Shown here one piece after another: positions 36,951 through 49,957 of a stretch of DNA of 64,000 nucleotides. The stretch lies in NCBI RefSeq assembly GCF_009914755.1, contig NC_060926.1; one strand, given 5' to 3'. Position 1 is the first letter of the stretch, and each line of letters starts with the position of its first letter. The notes below the pieces were generated by a model. The model saw only the letters and a list, made by a program, of their open reading frames with translations, searched no databases and was not told where the DNA came from. The translations under genes were made by a program, and so were the position numbers. The stretch comes from the human T2T-CHM13v2.0 reference genome, Homo sapiens.

Positions 36951-38284
36951 GTTGATTGACTTACCCCAAGCTGGGCCTGCTGTCTCCAGAGCGCTAAAGC
37001 TCCGTTTCTCCTGGTGGTCTCTTGCTCTCCTCAAGGACTCCTACCCATGCCCCAGTGGCCTTGGCTCCTGATACCCTAAACCAGCCAGAATCCCCTGAGG
37101 GAGGGAGGGGTGATGGTTCAGCCAGGTCAGATTCTGCAAATGCAAGAGGGGCTGAGGGAGGGCCGGGGTGGGGAAATGACAACCTTACAGGCACCCCTTG
37201 GTTTCCCAGGGCCAGACCTGGGAAGGGGGTTTCCCAGAACCGATCTGGGAGTCAGGAAATGGAGCAGAGGTTAAGAGGAGGGGCCCAGAAGATGGACATC
37301 CTGTCTCGATGGCCAGAAATGATCTTTCAAACCCCATAAAAGCTGGAGCCATGGAGGCGGTTGTACCACCATCCCACACGCTGTGGTCTGGAGTCCAGAG
37401 CCGGCCAGATCAATATCATGTGAGAGGCTTTCTGCTCCAGCCTTTTCTGCTGCCAAGTGTCCCCAGAGGCCTAAGGAAATGGCGGAGAAGGCAAGAGCCA
37501 CCAGAAAAGGAAAGGAAGCTCATGTTTCTCGATGCCCTGCAGGGCCAGCAGTAAGCTGAGCACCATGCTAGGTGCTATGTGGTCACGCAGCCCTCCAGGA
37601 TAGGTGTGACCCCATTTGACGGATAAGGAAACTTGGGCCCAGCCATGCCTATCCTCTTGGCTTGACCTGGATGAGGTGGTCTCCTGGCATGTGCCAGCAG
37701 CCATACCCAGGACAGAGCCTCGAAAGGGCCTTTTGCAGTCTCTGGGCCCAACATTTCCAGGTACAGGAGCTCACCCCTCCCAAAGCACCCCTTTCCATTT
37801 CAAGCATCTCCTCCCCGCTCTGGCCTCCCTGTGGCCCTCGTCTATTACATGGGGAGCCCAGAGAATGCTGACTGTTCCAGAGAGGAGGCCATCAAACATC
37901 GGAGGCCAGCATCCCATCTCAACCTCCCTGAAGCTCTTCTTCTCCAGGCCGAGGTCTCAGCTCCTTCAGGTGCTCCTTGAGGCCCTGACCCTTTTCTACC
38001 ACACCCCAGCTTGCCCACATCCACATCCAGTGTGCACCAGGCCCCGCAGCTGATCTGATCTGCAGAGTTCATGGAGACATTCCCCTCCTTTGATCACGCC
38101 CTTCTGCTAACTAGTGTGGCAGGGGTCAGCTCACTGTGGGAGAAGCTCCCTGCCCCACTGATGACCCCATGACCCCTGGGACTGACTCATCAGTTAGCTG
38201 AACACCAGAATGCTTGGAGAGAAGGAGGTAGGAAAGCAGATGCCTGCATGGAGACGCAGCATATTCCGAGGGACTAGGTCTCTT

Positions 38285-38861
38285 GTGTACGTGTGTCTGT
38301 GTGTGTATGTATGGGCCTGTATGTCTGCATATCGTGTGTGTGTGCATCTGTGTGTCTCTGTGCATGTGTGTTCATGTGTGTGCATCTGTGTGTGCATGTG
38401 TATATGTGTGTCTGGTGTCTCTGTGTGTCCGTGTGTGTCTGCATGTCTTGTATGTGTGTGCATCTGTGTGTCTGTGTGCATGTGTTCATGTGTGTGTACA
38501 TATGTGTGTCTATGTGTGTGCCTGGGTATATGTGTGTCTGCATGTCTCTGTGTGTCCATGTGTGAGTCTGCATGTTGTATGTGTGTGCATCTGTGTGTCT
38601 GCATGTGTGCTTGTGTGTGTGCATCTGTGTGTCTGTGTGTGCATCTGTGTCTGTGGGCATGCGTATGCACGTGTGTCTTTGTGTCTCTGTGTGCGCATGT
38701 GTGTCTGTGTCTCTGTGTGTACATATGTGTGTCTGCATGTCTTGTGTGTGTGCATCTGTGTGTCTGTGTGCATCTGTGTGGGCATGTGTATGCACGTGTG
38801 TCTGTGTGTCTCTGTGCACGTATGTGTGTCTGCATGTCTTGCGTGTGCTTCTGTGTGTGTG
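38285..38861 (+). repeat. TG-rich degenerate tandem repeat (TGTGTGCATC/TGTGTCTGCA-type units)
   Basis: Read directly; produces Cys/Val- and His/Thr-rich spurious ORFs. Confidence 0.95.
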
Positions 38862-39461
38862 AGGGGATGTGTCTTTAGTCCTATACCTACTGTCAGTGTT
38901 TTTAGAATGGGCCATATCCTTCCCATGTTCTGACTGCTTGTAAATTACTAAGCACTAATAAATAGGCATTTTCACCAACTAACAGGGAAAATCCCAGTAA
39001 AACCAGTTTCTTAAAAGAGGACGGCAGACTTTCATTTCACCACCCCCACCACCCAGGAGGTATTGTGAAGCCTGTGGAGCTGAAATGAAGCAGCCTGCAA
39101 AGCCTCTTCCAGGCGTCCCCTCCCACCCAGCTCCGCAGGCCCTGGAGGTGAGTCCCATGAAGATATGGCCACGGCTCCTCCCCTCTTAGCCCACAGGATG
39201 CAGGAGGAGGGACATTTGAGGCCTGGAATTTTTAAAATACCAGTGGCCTCCACTCCAGATGGGAGGGGATGGCATCCTCCCACCCCAAAAAAGCGAGGCG
39301 GGATCTAAGCCAGTCCAGAGGGGACTTCTTCCCACTGTGACTTCCTCCGCTCCTCAGCTCCCCACCAGTCCAAGCACAGGTGCCCATGGGCCTACACACA
39401 CACCCCTGATCTAGAAGAAGCCAATCTGAGGAGAGGGCTCCTAGTGGCTTTCAGCCTGGGC

Positions 39462-39575
39462 TGCACATAGAGTTGCCCAGGAGTGATTAAAATTCCCACT
39501 GCCTAGGCTGGACCTCAGACTGACCCACTCCGAATCTCTGGGGTGGGGCCCAGGCTTCAGCACTTTCCAGCAGAG
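39462..39575. mobile_element. MER5-like fragment
   Basis: CTAGTGGCTTTCAGCCTGGGCTGCACATAGAG...GAATCTCTGGGGTGGGGCCCAGG. Confidence 0.6.
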
Positions 39576-40092
39576 CTTGAGGACAAGAGAGAGCCTGATA
39601 GCCGCCATCCCTCTGCCCCTCCTGTGCCCCCGTTGATGTTCCTGCCTCTTCCAAGGCTGGACTCTCTTCACACCCTGCACGCCTGGTGCAACCAGAGTTA
39701 TCCTGCTCATCAGGACCAGCACTGGTCCCTACCTGGCCTCGGCCAGCCCCAGGCAGCAGAGATTCCAGAATCTCATCAATAAGGCAGGCCCCCAAGGTGA
39801 GGTCTAGGACTGCTTCTCTCCCATGGAGACCCAAACTGGGTCCTCACGTTTCAGGTGGTGTTGAGGCAGAGCCCGGGGCTGAGCATGTCAGCCTGGCCTA
39901 GTCCCAGCATGAGATACACACACAAGCAGCTCAAACTTCAGCACTTACGCAGATTTCCTGGGGATGTGGCTAACATGAAGATTCTGATCTGCAGGCCTAG
40001 GGTGAGGCCAAAGGTCCTGTCTTTCCTGTAAGCACCAAGTGATGTCGATGCCGATGGTACAGGGGCCACACTCTGCATAGAAAATGCAAAGG

Positions 40093-40491
<399 letters not shown>

Positions 40492-41351
40492 TCAACCAGA
40501 GCCCTCCACTGCTGCCCCATCCACTTCCTCCTCCTTGAGGCACCAAGAGCACAGCCACCTCACTGCTGAGTCCCCTGAAAGGCCAGCTGCATCAGCTCGG
40601 CTCACAGGCCGTAGCTTGTCTCTCTCATCAGACACTCCTCCCCTGTACCAGGCCCACCCCTGAGGTACCTACATCCCTCTGCAGCTGGCCAGTGTCAGGG
40701 GATGACCTCCTGACCTCCCCCATCACACACCCAGGAGCCCTGGTCCACACCCTGGGAAGCCAGCCTACAGTCTAGCCCGTGACCCCCTATCTGACCAGTG
40801 ACATCAGTTTGGCTTCCCACTTGCCCATGGCTCATCAGAGTCTGTCTCTCCCCTCAGAAGCCAGCCCTGAGAGCAGAGAAAGAGGCAAGAGCTAGGAAGA
40901 GCCTGGCTGAGAAGTCAGCTCACCTGGGTTCGTAGCCTGGCTGGGCCACTTACCCCAACTCTGTGATTTTGAGTAAGTGTCTTCACCTCTTTGAACTCCA
41001 GTTTCTTCAACTGTGAAATGAGGACAAGGATAGCCCTTACCTCTCAGGTGCACGTGCGTGAGAAATGATACCCAAGTGCTTAGCACAGGCTCTCTGGCAC
41101 GTAGCAGGTGTTGGCTGAGTGCCAGCCTTCACCGGTGGTGGTGATGCTGAGTACAAGTTCTGCCAGCTAGAAACTGTGTGACCTCTCAGAGCCTCGGTTT
41201 CCTTACTTGTCCCTGTGTATAACAGCGCCTACCTCATGGGTTTGTTGGGATGACTCAGCATGACGATACCTAACAGAGAGCAGGGTGCAAGACATGTTCA
41301 GTCTCCACCTTGGACAGGGTCTGAGTTTCCTGTGTCTTGTATCCCTCATAG

Positions 41352-42167
41352 CAACAGATTTCAAAGTATGATCCGGGGACCCCAGGGGTCCCTGAGACCC
41401 TTTCAGGAGTGTTGAGGTCAAAACCATTTTCATAATGCTATTAAGCCATTATTTGACTTTTTTTTGCTCATTTTCCCACAAGTATACAGTGTTTTCCAGA
41501 GGCCCATGATGGGTGATATTGCAACAGATTGTATGCAGAAGCTTATATAAGAATCCAGCTATCTCCTGCTAAGCCAGACATGATTAGGCCTTTAAAAACT
41601 GCAAAGCACATGGTGGCTCACGCCTGTTATCCCAGCACTTTGGGAGGCCAAGGAGAGAGGATTGCTTGAGCCCGGGAGTTCGAGACCAGCCTGAGCAGCA
41701 TAGTGAAACCTCTTTTGTACAAAAAAAAAAATTAAAAAATTAGCCAGGTGTGGTGGCGCACACCTGTGGTCCCAGCTCCTTGGGGGCTGAGGTGGGAGGA
41801 TCACTTGAACCCAGGAGGTGGAGGCTAGTCATAGCGAGCTATGATTGTGCCACTACACTCCAGCCTGGGCGACAGAGCAAGACCCCGTCTCAAAAATAAT
41901 AATAATAATAATGCAAAGCAAAGTCACCTTCTCACCCAGTGCTTTTTGTTTTAGAAAATATTATTTCTCACAAAAATGCTCTCTATATTAACATGTGATG
42001 AATTTATCACTATGGAAGTGAATTAAGTATTTTTAATGTTCTCAGTTTTAATTTATACTATGGTAAAAGATCAAAAGATATAATCCTTCTAAACAAAAGC
42101 CCTTTGGGGTCCTGAATAATTTTAAGAATGTAAAGGAATCCCAAGACCCAAAAGCTTGAGAAGGCTG
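41352..42167. mobile_element. Charlie4-type hAT DNA transposon interrupted by an Alu
   Basis: TTTCAAAGTATGATCCGGGGACCCAGGGGTCCCTGAGACCCTTTCAGG...GAGGTCAAAACC; 3' AAAGCCCTTTGGGGTCC...AAAGCTTGAGAA. Confidence 0.65.
41609..41911 (+). mobile_element. AluJ
   Basis: GATTGCTTGAGCCCGGGAGTTCGAG; (AAT)n tail; TSD TGCAAAGCA at 41600-41608 and 41912-41920. Confidence 0.9.
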
Positions 42168-42489
42168 CCCACACGAGGACCGTGAGGGTCACTGAGGGGG
42201 CTCAGCACAAACCTGCTCAAATAAGCTGATCTGAGCCTCCTCCAGCCACATGGTGAGCTCAGTGGAGAGCTAGCACCACGTCACTGAGTATTTTGGATCT
42301 CCCAGAGACCCCTGTGCTGTGCTAGGCATGTCTCAATAGGTCCCACCCCCAAACTTTCTGAATTCCAAAGAATTTGCCCAGGAGCCCTGGGCCTAGTGCA
42401 CGAGTGAACCACACATTTGCCACTTGATGGGCACAGGCCCCAATAGATGTTGCCTGACAACCCGTGTTCCCCCTGTCTCTGACAGACCT

Positions 42490-42920
42490 CACTCCTTCCG
42501 GGATCAACCACTTCCCCATTCTCAGTCCCCGTAGTTTCAGAAGGCTCCAGAGGCAGTTGCGTGACCCAGATCCGGATAGAATGATTGGTTTCGAGTTAAT
42601 CATATGAGCCAGGCAGGATCCAGATCACAGCCAATGATCGCATGTCCCAGTTTCTTGCTGAGAACATTGGGAGAAAAGAGCCCCCCTTTCTCCTAGAGCT
42701 ACCGAGCTGGTGGGATGGAAGCCCAGAGCATCTGGGGGCACCGCCACTCAGATACAGCTTACCTGAAAGTTAAGCCAACTCAGAACCAAGTGATGGGGAT
42801 GAATTCCAGATTCTACCATTTGAGCCCTTAAATGCAGCTAGGCCTGGCCTTCTCAGTCACTCGGGCCAAGAAACTTATCTTTTTCTTAAACAAGTTTGAG
42901 TTGAGTTTCTCTTGCAGCTG
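42490..42920 (+). mobile_element. Old MLT1 (J/K/L-like) LTR fragment
   Basis: GATTGGTT...CAGCCAATGA, AGCCCAGAGCATCTGGGGGCACC, and an end in AAGTTTGAGTTGAGTTTCTCTTGCAGCTGAAAGAGTCC. Confidence 0.55.
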
Positions 42921-43104
42921 AAAGAGTCCAAATGAATAAACACAGGGAACCAGAACCACCACGCAGATGGTGGGGAGGCCGCTGGGAGGATTTGAGCTGT
43001 CCACTAGAGGCATCGCTGAAGCCCACCTGGATCTCTGGAGAGGCCCCTTTTTGCCCACCAGAGACATGGCAGACCCCTGTCCGAACAACACAGATAGATA
43101 ACGG

Positions 43105-43140
43105 CACAGAGTTTTCTTTAACTTTATCATTTATAAAGCC
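43105..43140 (-). terminator. TNS1: Distal TNS1 polyadenylation region (variant TATAAA/GATAAA hexamers)
   Basis: Minus strand GGCTTTATAAATGATAAAGTTAAAGAAAACTCTGTGCCGTTATCTATCTGTGTTG: several upstream TGTA motifs and a downstream GU-rich element. Confidence 0.65.
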
Positions 43141-46121
43141 ATACAATGCATTGCAAAGAAACAAAGCAGCTGTACAGGAGTGGGGACGCGTCAGTGTACA
43201 ATACATTCATGTCCAGGATAAGGAGCATACACCAGGATTTATACACGGTGGCAGCGGCTATAGGCACGATGATACAAAATATAAAGTATATTTCCATCTA
43301 TATAAATACACAGCTGGGGTGGGGAAGGATGCTGGGTGATCTTGTTTCCCCCGCAGAGGGCCTGGGAGGCAGGGAGGGTGGTGGGAAGGGATTTCTTACA
43401 TTTGTTCTCAATGATGGGTCTGAAGGGAGGAGAGAAATGGGGAAACACAGCCTGCACACACTGATGTGCTCTCACACACACGCACAAACAAAACACAGAC
43501 ACAGGAGAGTTTCAAACAGCTTAACACTGATTGGAAAACAAGCTTGGGACATCCCTCTACAGTAACTCCACTGCTGGCAAGAGCCCAGGCGTGGGATATG
43601 AACAGAGGTCCTCCAACATTTTGGACATTTGAGGACAGAGGGGCCAAGAGGGACAGATCTGCCCGAGGCCCCCACCCTGCCCCTCTGGGTGAACCACTTC
43701 TCACCTGGGCTATCGCTGAGACTCCACCAATTGGTTGGCCTACAGGCCTCACCTCCCGACTCCCCTCACTGCTGGGCGACATTGAATTTGAAGTTCCATT
43801 GCCCAGCACCTCCAACCCCGACTCCCAAGTTCCCTAAAGAAATGAGCAAAACACACGCACACACATACATCCACACTTGCACATGCGCACACACGTCCTG
43901 TGTTACCACTGGCCAAGGAAACGCGAGTCTCAGGATTCCAGGGCCTGGACCTGGGGTAAAGGGCTGCTCTGGGACTCTGCCCCCCAACCTCTTGGAGGAC
44001 CCCGAGTGTGGGGGCAGGATTGGGTGTCTGCCTTGACTCACAGGATCTCCCCAGGTCCTAAAGCTGAAAAAAAAAGTGGGAGAAGATCCAGGAGGCAGGG
44101 GTGGTGGACAAAAGTAGGAGTGAGACTAAAAAGTGGGAGTGAGACTAGATTTGATCACACTCACCACCCTTCTGTGCCCCCTGGACAGCATGCTCCCCTG
44201 GAGCCCCTGCACAGGCTCATCAGAACAAGGCAGAATCTCCTACTCACTAACCTCCTGAGAGCCGTTTATAGGGGGATCACACTTGTCCAGGAGGGCTGCC
44301 CCTCCTGCTTTCACACAACCACTGGCCCCACCATCCCTCTCCTGGCCAGTCTCAGAAGACCCAGGGATCCTCAAAAACCAGGGGAGAAGGAATCCTGGCC
44401 ATTGGTGTCCACAGCTTTCAGAGCTACTGGAGGAGACGCTCAGATGACATGGGTCAAAGGCCTTTCCCAAACTTAGGATGTGATGTATCTGTCCCTTAAG
44501 CGCCTGGCTAAATAAGAGAGCCAGAACACCGTGATAGCAGGCTGATCAAACCGCTCACTTCCTCCCTGTTTTCCTTCGCAGGTCCCCTCTCCATTGTTTT
44601 CTCGCCCAATCCTTCCCTCTTGCTCCCTTTGGGAAAAAGCCACGTGGAGCTCACTGGGCCCCTCCCCCAGCTGAAGGGACATGACCCTCCTCTGCCCTCT
44701 TCCCTCCAGACACCCAGCTGGACAGCTGGTGGCAGCACGGGACTGAACCTGCTGGGGTCTGCGTCGCTGCGATGTCCATGACTCCCTGGCTCTTTGTTGC
44801 CCATCTTCTCCCAGACCCTTTCCCATCCCAGCCCATGTTCAAGGCCAGACAGCGCTCTCCTGGCTGACACACAGATTCAACAATAAACAACAGTAAAATA
44901 GATTCAGGGAGGGAGAAGACAGAAGAAGATAAACATTTACAAAATAATAATTAGTAAAAGTGCTTGCTTTTAAAGGAAATCTTTGGCAAGAATATACTGC
45001 AGTGCGGAGTGTTGTGTGTGCGTAGGTGTGTGCATGGGTGCACAGCCCGCCGTGACACAGAAGGGCTCTGGTGCAGGGCCCAGAGGTGGGGCCACTGTGG
45101 GGACTGGGGAACCCTTCCCCATCATTCGCCTTGAAAAGTCACACTCTCAGAAACTGACTCCTTCCGCAGGGATGCTGGGAGGGAGTTACCAGCTTTCTGG
45201 CATGAATGGGTCCTCCCGCAGGGGCACACATGGCTCAGGCTGGAGTGGAGGGGCTGGCCATGCATGCAAGGTGGGCTGTGGTGGGTGGTGAGGAAGGGAA
45301 AAGCGACCGTGAAAGCTGACCCCAGACTCAGTCCTGGGCCCCAGCCAGGCTGCTTGAAGGGTCTGATACACCGCCCAGCCTCAAGTGTGGACAGAACATC
45401 CATGCCAGGAATAGGCTCCTGGGCTCTCCAGTGGGAGATGAGATATTTACAAAGGAAGGGGATGGGAAATATCTCCTATCTTGGAAGATAATTGGGGTTT
45501 GCTAGGGAATGAGGAGAGGGGGAAACCCAGATATTTGGCTTGAATAACCCAGAAGGAAGAGCACTTTGGAGGGACTTTGGTCACCAGGCACAAGGTTTCA
45601 CTCTGGGAAGCAGGGGGTGGCCAGTGGGGCCTCTGCCCCTGCTCTCCACCTTCTGCAGACACCCTCCTTTCCAACTCCCTGAAACAGAACGTCCACACTG
45701 ACACAGCTCCTTGGAGGAGAAAAAATACAAAAGACACACACGCACCTATGTGTGCCATACACACCCATGTCCCCGCATGCTCACACACTCGCTCAGGCCT
45801 GCAGAGTCAGGGACAGCTCCCCACACATCCTGGGAGCTGACTGCTGGGCCCCTGGCTTGCTGAAAAGTAAGGGGGCCAAAGGCTGGGACATGTGCAACCC
45901 CTCCCAATGCTGAGCCCCACACAGTCTAGGGAAGGCCAAGGCCAGGGCAAGGAGACCCTGGCTGCTTCAAGAACAAAGGCCCCCTACACTTCAGGCTTTA
46001 CTTACACATATAAAAAAGGATAGGAATTGGTTTATCCCCAAGGAAGGCAATAAAGCAATATGGAAAAACAATAAATACTTCTTGTCAATTTACCTATTCT
46101 TTTTTTAACCTTTTCTTACAT

Positions 46122-46127
46122 TTTATT
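46122..46127 (-). terminator. TNS1: Candidate proximal poly(A) signal AATAAA in the TNS1 3' UTR
   Basis: Minus strand TGTAAGCT-AATAAA-ATGTAAG... followed by U-rich TATTTATTGTTTTTCC. Confidence 0.55.
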
Positions 46128-47570
46128 AGCTTACAGATTCTGTCAGTATGTCTCATGTATATATTATATAATATTTATATATCAGTACAATGCCTCTCTC
46201 TAGGGGACTCGCATAGGCTTAAGAATGGAGTCCTGGTGAATTTTCCATTCTGGCTTAGAGTCCTTAAATGGTGGTCAGGTGTTTTCCCAACTGTCCAGTG
46301 GACCTTAGGCCCTTTGGCCCAAGTGCAAGCCTTCTGCCCTCTGCTGCATGGGCAGCGTGGCTCAGCTAGGGAAACCAAGGCAGAAAGGGTGACAGTGAGG
46401 CTTTGGCATTGTAGGTAGGCGATGTGGTGTGCAGGCAGCAGGCCCAGGAGCTCTGCTGAGGTCAGAGGGTGCCTGCAAAAGCCAGACCCTAAAACACTTA
46501 CAGAGGGGAGGATAAGGACTCCAGGTTTCTGGCCGGAGCCTCACTGAGCAGAAAGTAGGTTCCCCAGGGAGAATTCCAACACAGGGACCCTGCAGAATAG
46601 AACAGGGCTGGGCAGAGCAGCAAGACTCAATCCCCAGCCCCCAAAAAGGCATCATGCAGGTAAGCAGGTCTGAGATAAGGCTGGTCCAGGGGCATGAAAC
46701 CCAATAACAAGGCTGAGAGGTGGGAGCTAAGGCAGAGTCCAGGGCCCCAGCAGGAGCAACTTGCCTTTCTTGCTGCTGAGCCACATGCCTTGGGGAAGAC
46801 ACCCCGAGCTCAACAGCTGCCTGTTCTGACAGATCTCTTCCTATGGATACACATATCTCTACCTCCTCAAACCAAAGCTCCAGGCTTCTGGCCAAGGCAG
46901 GACAGGGCGATGCCATTGCAGACCCTCCCACTCCTGCTGGGGTCTTTGTAGAAGAGAAGGGTCTGGCGGCACCCAGGGTCACTAGAGTGCAGGTGCAGGC
47001 ACCAGGAGAGAGCCTCTGTCACCCATAGCTTGGTTGTTTGTCCCTCCCCTGCTGCACTGCCACCACCAACCCTAATCTTTGGACAGTATGCATGTGTGTC
47101 TACAAACACATGGGACAAGGACAAGCCGAGCTGTTTATAATTCGAGTGGATAAAGGCAGATCTAGATCAATGTGTGAGGATGTGGGTGCAGACACACACC
47201 CACACGACAATATAGTGGAGGCACAGCAAAGAGACCTGAGGTGCCTTGGGTCTGAGATACTTTCAAGCAAACAAGTTCTTCCACTTGATGTCCCACGGTG
47301 GCTCTGTTTGGTTTGACAACCTACCCCACAGGTGGCCAGAAAAAGATTCTCCCAGCTTGATTTCCCCTTGCAAAGCAGTTGAGTTAGGGAGACAGAGCTT
47401 TTCCATTCCCCCAAAAAATGTGGATTCCCAAGGAGGTTTGTTCCTTCTCTTTTGAGGACATCCATCTTCTTAGGGGAGGGAGGGGGTGTTAGGTGGACCT
47501 GGTTAGTTTTGGAGGCTTTGGGTTTTTGCAGTTTCCATCTACCCAGGGGAATCCAAGTTCTTCTCCTCCA

Positions 47571-47574
<4 letters not shown>

Positions 47575-47610
<36 letters not shown>
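47575..47610 (+). repeat. (CT)n microsatellite, (GA)n in the TNS1 mRNA 3' UTR
   Basis: About 18 units, read directly. Confidence 0.95.
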
Positions 47611-47614
<4 letters not shown>

Positions 47615-47780
47615 CCCCCTCCCCTCTGCAATTCACTTCCCTCTCCCCACGTTGCACTTTCTTCTCTCCTCCGAAATTGGCCCAAAGTCCTCCTTCTGGG
47701 TTCAAGAGTGGTCAGGATTCATGGGTCCCCTCCCCACAAGCCCCTTCCCCATGGCACTGGCCCTGGGCAAGGGGCAGGGT

Positions 47781-47925
47781 TCATCTCTTTTGGCCGGCAT
47801 TCAGCATGACCTTGGAGACGAAGTTGACGATGGCAGAGGCCGGCTGGTTGGGGTCAAGCTCAGCAAAGAGGTGGCAGGCGTTGTCCGTGGTGCTGCCCTG
47901 CTTCCGGGCCACGAAGCCGAAGAGC
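47781..47925 (-). CDS. TNS1: Tensin 1, last coding exon (PTB domain C-terminus)
   Basis: ctgcag|G CTC TTC GGC... = (K)[47 protein letters not shown]; TGA at 47783-47781. Confidence 0.98.
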
Positions 47926-48740
47926 CTGCAGGCGGGAGAGGGCAACGGGCATGAGGGAAGGGCAAGTGGAACCCCAGGAGGTGGACAGCAGCCCAGGTGA
48001 GCAAGCTGGTCTCAGGCCAACCTCTCTTCCCCATCCCTCCAGCAGGCCTCAGCATCAGGGACTCAGAGAGGTGCAGAAGAGAATCCTCTGTGCACTCCCC
48101 TGACCACAAGCCAAGTCCTAGAGACAGTGTCCCACCTTGTTTAAGGGTGGGCAGAAATCCCCTTTGAAGGGGTGCGAGGGGAGCTGCAGAGGATTGACAA
48201 GGCTGGATAGTGAGGGGTGGGGAGGAGACCAAAATAAAATGGGAACATTCCTAGACAGGCCTCTCCCCGCCCATCCCAGCCCTACCCCTACTGACTGTTC
48301 TTACACACAACACATATGCCAATCAGGAAAGTGCTGTCTGCCTGCAAACGGCTCAGCCTCCTCAGACACCACAAGGTCAGGGAGACAAAGGTCAAGTAGC
48401 TCACACCCCTCCACACACACACACTTATTCTTCCTGGGCTCAAGAACCTTGGAAGCCAGAAAATAAAAGGGAAGGTGGACCCCACACCCGTTCCCCACCC
48501 CCACCCGCAGGACTGGAGTGACCCAGCATTCTCTTCGCAAAACAGAGTTAAAAATATGAGGGCAGAGAACAGAATGTGAGCTCAGGTCCCCTCCCAGCCA
48601 GCATGTTGCTAATTAGAGCGAGATGGGGAAATGAGGACAGCTGGAGATTCCTATGAAAACCCCTCTCCCTACCGCAGGACCACGGCAGCTGAAGTTAGCA
48701 AAGGGGGATTCTGCTGGTCCCTGTGTGCCTGTGTGTACAA

Positions 48741-49924
48741 ACCACCACACACATGCACCACACACATACACACCATCACACACACCACCACACACACCAC
48801 ACACACCACACACACACCACACACACCACCACACACACCACACACACCACACACACCACACACACCACCACACACCACACACACCACCACACACACCACA
48901 CACACAACACACACCACCACACACCACACACACCACCACACACACACCACCACACACACCACCACACACACAACACCACACACCACACACACACCACCAC
49001 ACACCACCACACACCACACACACCACCACACACACACCACCACACACACACCACACACCACACACACATACACCACCACACACCACCACACACACCACAC
49101 ACACAACACACACCACCACACACCACACACACCACCACACACACCACCACACACACACCACACACCATACACACACTACCACACACCACCACACACCACC
49201 ACACACACACCACACACACAGCACCACACACACACCACCACACACAACACACACCACACACACCACCACACACATACCACCACACACACCACCACACACA
49301 TACACACCACACCACCACCACATACATACACACCACACACCACCACACACATACACACCACACACCACCACACACATACACACCACACACACTACCACCG
49401 CATACATACACACCACACACGCCACCACATACATACCACACACACATACACACCACCCACACACCACCACACACACCACCACCACACACATACACACCAC
49501 ACACACCACCACACACACACCACCACATACATACACACCACACACATACCACCACACACACACCATCACGCACACCACCACATACACACACCACAGACAT
49601 ACCACCACACACATACCATCACACACCACTACGCACACACACCACACACCACACACACCACACACATACACACCATCACACCCACACACATCACACACAC
49701 ACAACACACATATCACCACACACATACACACCATCACACACATCACCACATGCATACACCACACACACACCACTGCACACACCACACATACCACCACACA
49801 TACACACCACACACCACCACACACACATACACCACACACACACAAACCATGCATACATACATATACAGACCACACACATACACAACATATACACACCACA
49901 CACAACACGCAAACACAACATATA

Positions 49925-49955
<31 letters not shown>

Positions 49956-49957
49956 CA
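48741..49957 (+). repeat. About 1.2-kb (CA/CAC)n low-complexity tandem array in the last TNS1 intron
   Basis: Read directly; UG/UGG-rich on the pre-mRNA strand. Confidence 0.97.

Larger units (their letters stand above)
43111..47780 (-). other. TNS1: TNS1 3' UTR (about 4.7 kb, terminal exon)
   Basis: Contiguous with the stop codon; no recognisable interspersed repeats; ends in an AU/UGUA-rich block with variant poly(A) hexamers at 43123-43135. The exact 3' end is inferred. Confidence 0.8.

Noticed and set aside
38194-38933. ORFs of about 215 aa in several frames
   Set aside because: Artefacts of the TG-rich repeat.
42955-43015. CTCF-like motifs just past the TNS1 3' end (CCACGCAGATGGTG, TGTCCACTAGAGGCATC)
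   Set aside because: Both deviate at core positions; too weak to call without ChIP data.
43408-47705. Multiple 100-200 aa ORFs in the TNS1 3' UTR on both strands
   Set aside because: GC-rich UTR gives long chance frames; no recognisable homology, and many start at non-ATG codons.
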